In this document: in pieces, positions 61,573-64,000 of the stretch
Position numbering within the stretch: the stretch's first letter is position 1
Layout: every line of letters starts with the position of its first letter
Assembly (NCBI RefSeq): GCF_963921235.1
Contig: NC_086097.1
Span: 45,448,001-45,512,000, forward strand
From: Mobula hypostoma
Lineage: Eukaryota
Reading direction: 5' to 3'
DNA: 64,000 bases
Notes under the pieces: generated by a model
What the model saw: only the letters and a program-made list of their open reading frames with translations
Database searches by the model: none
Told to the model about the DNA's origin: nothing
Made by a program: the position numbers and the translations under genes

Positions 61573-62696
61573 TATTTAAATTTCAACTGCTCCACTTGTT
61601 TTTGTGGAGCTAACCACCTGTATTTTAAAAATAATGTTTCTATTTTTGGTATGACAGTACATGATATATAAAGTGCACGAAAAGGATCTAAAACATAGAT
61701 TAACAAAAGGGGTCGTTATGAAATGTTTAGTACAGTCCAACTAGTCTTTGTCGTCTTTTGTTTTGTCCCCTTTTCCCTGTTTGTCCCTGCAATTTGTATC
61801 AACAGAGACCATAAATGTTCTCCTTGATACTGCTCCTTAAACTTCAAGGGATCAATGTATTTAGGTCATCCATGTCATCAACTGGTGTGTTACACAATCT
61901 TATTAGAATGTAAAGAAGTATTCACTGAATTTCTTTAGGTAGCTATCTTGTATTGAATGTCTCTTATTCTGATTATTGGAAATACTAAATTTCTGCTCTC
62001 ATAAATATCTTCAAAAATTCAAAAACTTCCAGATTATCTCTCAATCTTTCACATAAAGAGATGGGACCAGGCCTGTACCTCTATTTGCAATACATGTAAC
62101 CTTAAAGTTTTGATCCTTGTTGATCTTTCTTGTGACACAGAGCAGGATGGATGGGCAAATATTCCTATTGCAAGTGATAGAAGATTTTTTTTAGTGTTTC
62201 AGTATCAATTTTATAATGTGGCAATCAGATTTGTATGTATGCTTCTATTTTTTCAAAGATCTATCTCTTCTGGAAATACCTGGCATGTTGAGCTGATCTT
62301 AAAATAAGTTTACCCTTTTCTGAGTTCTAATGAAAAGTCACTGATGTGTTATAGTAGTTTTCTTTCTGCCTAAGTGTTGCCCTGAACATTTAAAGCATTT
62401 TCTACTTTGCACCCAGTTTTGGTGATCTTGCATTTGTACTTCCTGATCCTTTAACTCTTTTACTCCATTGGACTCTTGGAGTAAACTGTTGAGTTTTCAT
62501 TTTTTTGTTTCTGTTATGTAAGACATCACATGTTGATTCATGTCTTGTCAGAACTTGTACATGAAAATCCCAGCATTATCTGAGTTCCTAACCATCCTGT
62601 CTAGCACCAAAAATCATTCCACAGTCAAAGTCACTTAGAATCATACTTCTTCTCCATTCTGATGTTTGGTCTGAACAACAATTGAACCACTTGATA

Positions 62697-62960
62697 TATA
62701 CTTCTGCGTAGTAGCCTACACCATTGTGAGCATTTATACTTGTGCGTTGGTGTGTGTGCGTCGCTCTGCAATTCAGTCGCCCAAAGGGAAGCTATTGCAG
62801 CGTAGGAGGAAATGCAATGCTACCAAGCGGACCAATCACAGTTGTTGTGGGCTGCGTCGCCGTGACGCATAGTTACATTTTTGGGGAGGTGCGCATCAGG
62901 CTATAGCGTAGGGTACGCGGCTACGCCGTACCTATGGCATAGATTTGACGCAGAAGTATA
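62697..62960. mobile_element. MITE (possibly PIF/Harbinger-type) nested in a Tc1-derived fragment
   Basis: TIR tatacttctgcgt / acgcagaagtata with a CpG-rich interior. Flanks (about 62620-62695 and 62965-63070) are the reverse complement of the element at 20258-20410. Confidence 0.75.
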
Positions 62961-63278
62961 AATTGGTATGTCTTTATGCATTAAGTTGTGGCCACATGAT
63001 TGGTTGATTAGATATTTGCATTAACAAGCAGGTGTGCCTAATTGGGTGTATGTATTTTCTACTCTGAGTAAAACTAGGTAAAACTAATGTGAATTAATAC
63101 AGCGTCTTCACATACACTGAGAGGCTTCGCAGAAATATTAGACATCATTTTGCACTAAGGTATATTTGAGTAATTGACTTTTAGGGGCAAATGGAAATGC
63201 CAAATAGAGTTGGTGGTTGAAAAAACAGGTAATTTATTAAAACTGGTGTGCACCAGGAGACCAATCAAAGCCAATCTA

Positions 63279-63447
63279 AAACAAGAGAAAATCTACAGAT
63301 GCTGGAAATTCAAGCAACGTCCACAAAATGCTGGAGGAGCTCAGCAGGCCAGACAAGACTTGCCATAGGGTCTCAGCCCAAAACGTTGACTGTACTTTTT
63401 TCCATAGATGCTGAGTTCCTCCAGCATTTTGTGTGTTGTGTGTGTTA
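63279..63447. mobile_element. Fold-back Penelope mini-element in ZNF839 intron 3
   Basis: cacaaaatgctggaggagctcagca (63322-63346) pairs with tgctgagttcctccagcattttgtg (63409-63433). TSD caaagccaatcta (63266-63278) / caaagctaatcta (63448-63460). Confidence 0.8.
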
Positions 63448-64000
63448 CAAAGCTAATCTACCTGAGTGTAAATTTGGTACAGCTTTTACATCTTTAGCTG
63501 ACAATATTACACAGAAACTTGCAACTACAGTATGTTTTGATAGCAGATAGTGGTTACAGAAAGACAAGTAACAAGTAGTTTTTGATTAGTGAATAAAATG
63601 ATTAATCACAAGCCTTAGTTAACAGTAAATCCTATTTTCTATTACATAGTGCCCTTTGTGAATAGTTGAGTGTTAGATTTAGGAGAAGTTAATAGGAATG
63701 TGAAGAAAATCGATTACAGATGAAATTGGTAGGAGACTGAATATGAGCACTATATACTCAACAAGCTGAGAGACCTTACATGTTGTAAAGAATATGGAAA
63801 TGTATAGACATGGGTCAGATGAGGTTTGTTGCTGGGGTAGGGAGAGGGATAGAATGGGATTTTACAAAAACTTGAATTTTAAATCATGGAATTGCTGAAT
63901 TAGGACCCAATTCATACCAGAATATGTAGGAAATTTAGCACCTTGCATTTGCTCAGCTATTCAAACAAATTTTGACTGATTTGATCTTGGCCTTCTGATT

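Overview
Repeat-dense vertebrate genomic DNA, most likely a cartilaginous fish (ray/shark). This is inferred from HE1/V-SINE-like SINEs and abundant CR1, Rex1/Babar and Penelope elements. One protein-coding gene is recognisable: the first three coding exons of ZNF839 on the + strand (42789-43892, 49421-50356, 60792-60920, all phase 0; the gene continues past the window). An intact tRNA-Lys(CTT) gene lies about 545 bp upstream of its ATG. Most of the rest is decayed transposons: CR1 LINEs, Rex1/Babar LINEs, Penelope-like elements, a scrambled chromoviral Gypsy remnant, two solo LTRs with perfect 5-bp TSDs, an R4/Dong element beside (TAA)n, an L1 3' end, a Tc1 transposon and MITEs. The most striking signal is the Penelope 3' module. 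It carries a minimal type-I hammerhead ribozyme motif (CTGAnGA...GAAAC GTC) at about ten sites. It also occurs as tiny fold-back (self-inverted) insertions, each bounded by its own 11-15 bp target-site duplication. A CpG-retaining, non-repetitive, motif-rich block at about 22-29 kb looks regulatory but is unexplained. Repeat boundaries are read by eye and are approximate unless a TSD or TIR is quoted.
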